A stretch of DNA of 64,000 bases from Mobula birostris. Its lineage: Eukaryota. The stretch spans positions 13,578,001-13,642,000 of the forward strand of contig NC_092400.1 of the NCBI RefSeq assembly GCF_030028105.1. The letters are read 5' to 3'. Shown here in pieces: positions 63,201 through 64,000 of this stretch (the first letter of the stretch is position 1; every line of letters starts with the position of its first letter). The notes under the pieces were generated by a model. That model worked only from the letters and a program-made list of their open reading frames with translations, was not told where the DNA came from and did no database searches. Position numbers and translations under genes: made by a program.

Positions 63201-63739
63201 CAGGTTTATGATTGTAAGCAATTAATGAATATAACAGAATTTTATTAATATTGTTCATTGGAAATAATCTTTAATATTCTAAATTATGATGATATGTTGT
63301 AATACAGAAGAACAAAGCTCCTCCACTTACCATTGTTACAATATAAAAGGTCATAAAGTAAATACGACTCCAATTAGAAGTCTGAGACACCACACCTTCC
63401 TATAGAGAGAGGGATGTAGTTAGCTCCCTTAGAAATTAAAATTATAGACTTATTATTGGAAAATATCCAATGATATGAAAACTCACCATGATTATATACC
63501 AATTGTTTACGACAGTCAACTCAAATAAAGTTACTGAAGAAAAGAAATAAAAAATTACATAATTACTTTCAGAACTCTTAGTGTTTATTGCCCTAGACAG
63601 ATAATTAACACCCAAATCTTACTCACCAAAACTGTTCAAGATGTTATTGAAGTTATTGAGATAATAATAGCCCTGTATCACTGTTCTGTCGCCAACAGTC
63701 CGATTTTCCCAACGATAAGAATCTGCTACCATGCTATTA
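51108..63739 (-). CDS. TPCN1: TPCN1 (two-pore channel 1), last 7 coding exons; gene continues beyond the window end
   Basis: Exons 63739-63627, 63533-63487, 63399-63331, 61941-61857, 54009-53870, 51673-51593, 51233-51108 join in frame. Motifs [26 protein letters not shown] and the C-terminus RQRSQTVT* match TPC1. Confidence 0.95.
51593..51673 (-). CDS. TPCN1: TPCN1 exon
   Basis: cag|[27 protein letters not shown]|gt. Confidence 0.94.
52212..52462 (+). mobile_element. V-SINE-like element (other copies ~36459-36702, 37688-37955, 38335-38480)
   Basis: tRNA-like head with GGTTCAATTCC and central GGAGTTTGTATGTTCTCCCCGTG...CCACAGTCCAAAGAC. Confidence 0.8.
53870..54009 (-). CDS. TPCN1: TPCN1 exon
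   Basis: cag|(D)[15 protein letters not shown]...RMAKND|gtatgt, phases fit both neighbours. Confidence 0.88.
54397..54714 (+). repeat. 5' LTR
   Basis: TGTTAC...TCACA; aligns with 59917-60234. Confidence 0.9.
56781..57563 (-). mobile_element. Rex/Babar-like LINE 3' fragment inserted in the Gypsy RT
   Basis: (CTGATT)n tail and [12 protein letters not shown] motif on -; splits the RT between AYNRVCIK and EDE.SAF. Confidence 0.85.
59917..60234 (+). repeat. 3' LTR
   Basis: Follows the PPT; TTTTAC...TAACA. Confidence 0.9.
61857..61941 (-). CDS. TPCN1: TPCN1 exon (IIS6)
   Basis: tag|[28 protein letters not shown]|gtatgt. Confidence 0.94.
63331..63399 (-). CDS. TPCN1: TPCN1 exon
   Basis: tag|[23 protein letters not shown]|gtaagt. 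Confidence 0.94.
63487..63533 (-). CDS. TPCN1: TPCN1 exon (pore filter II)
   Basis: cag|(V)[15 protein letters not shown]|gtgagt. Confidence 0.94.
63627..63739 (-). CDS. TPCN1: TPCN1 exon
   Basis: cag|[16 protein letters not shown]...[15 protein letters not shown]|gtgagt. Confidence 0.93.
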
Positions 63740-64000
63740 CTGCAAACAAAGAATGGAATCATATGCTGGGTCACAGAAGCTTACTGTATGTGACATCAAT
63801 ATAAATTAAAAGCACCCCAAAAATCTAATAGTTCTATTGCATGGCAACTTAATTCATAGAATTTTATTTAACGTAGTAGTAACATTCAAAGATATCTTGC
63901 TAAAATGAAACGTCCCAAACTCTCTGCTAAGCAACATTCTGGCTCACAGAGTAAATTAAACAGAATTGTTAATCTACCACCAATAAGTTATTAGTTTTGT

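Overview
Vertebrate genomic DNA. The repeat content (Rex/Babar and CR1 LINEs, HE1-like V-SINEs, Penelope termini) suggests a cartilaginous fish, which is inference. The window holds the PLBD2 - SLC8B1 - TPCN1 neighbourhood, read by hand from splice sites and translations. (1) The 5' part of PLBD2 lies on the - strand. Its 174-nt exon 3 is triplicated inside a nearly identical 3 x 3.3 kb tandem array, and its exon 1 looks disrupted (57-bp insertion carrying an in-frame TGA, 3' half not found). (2) A complete SLC8B1/NCLX gene lies on + (15 coding exons, 597 aa), head-to-head with PLBD2 across a short promoter with a CLEAR-like site. It has two U12-type (minor spliceosome) introns, one apparently with rare GT-AT ends. 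(3) The last 7 coding exons of TPCN1 lie on -, and one intron holds a full-length degenerate sushi-type Gypsy chromovirus with a visible self-priming PBS. Other notable structures are a TSD-flanked composite Penelope insertion that captured 91 bp of nearby host DNA, Penelope hammerhead-ribozyme remnants, an inverted LINE pair inside the minor intron, and a three-level nested TE stack. Most entries in the ORF track are TE debris or spurious.
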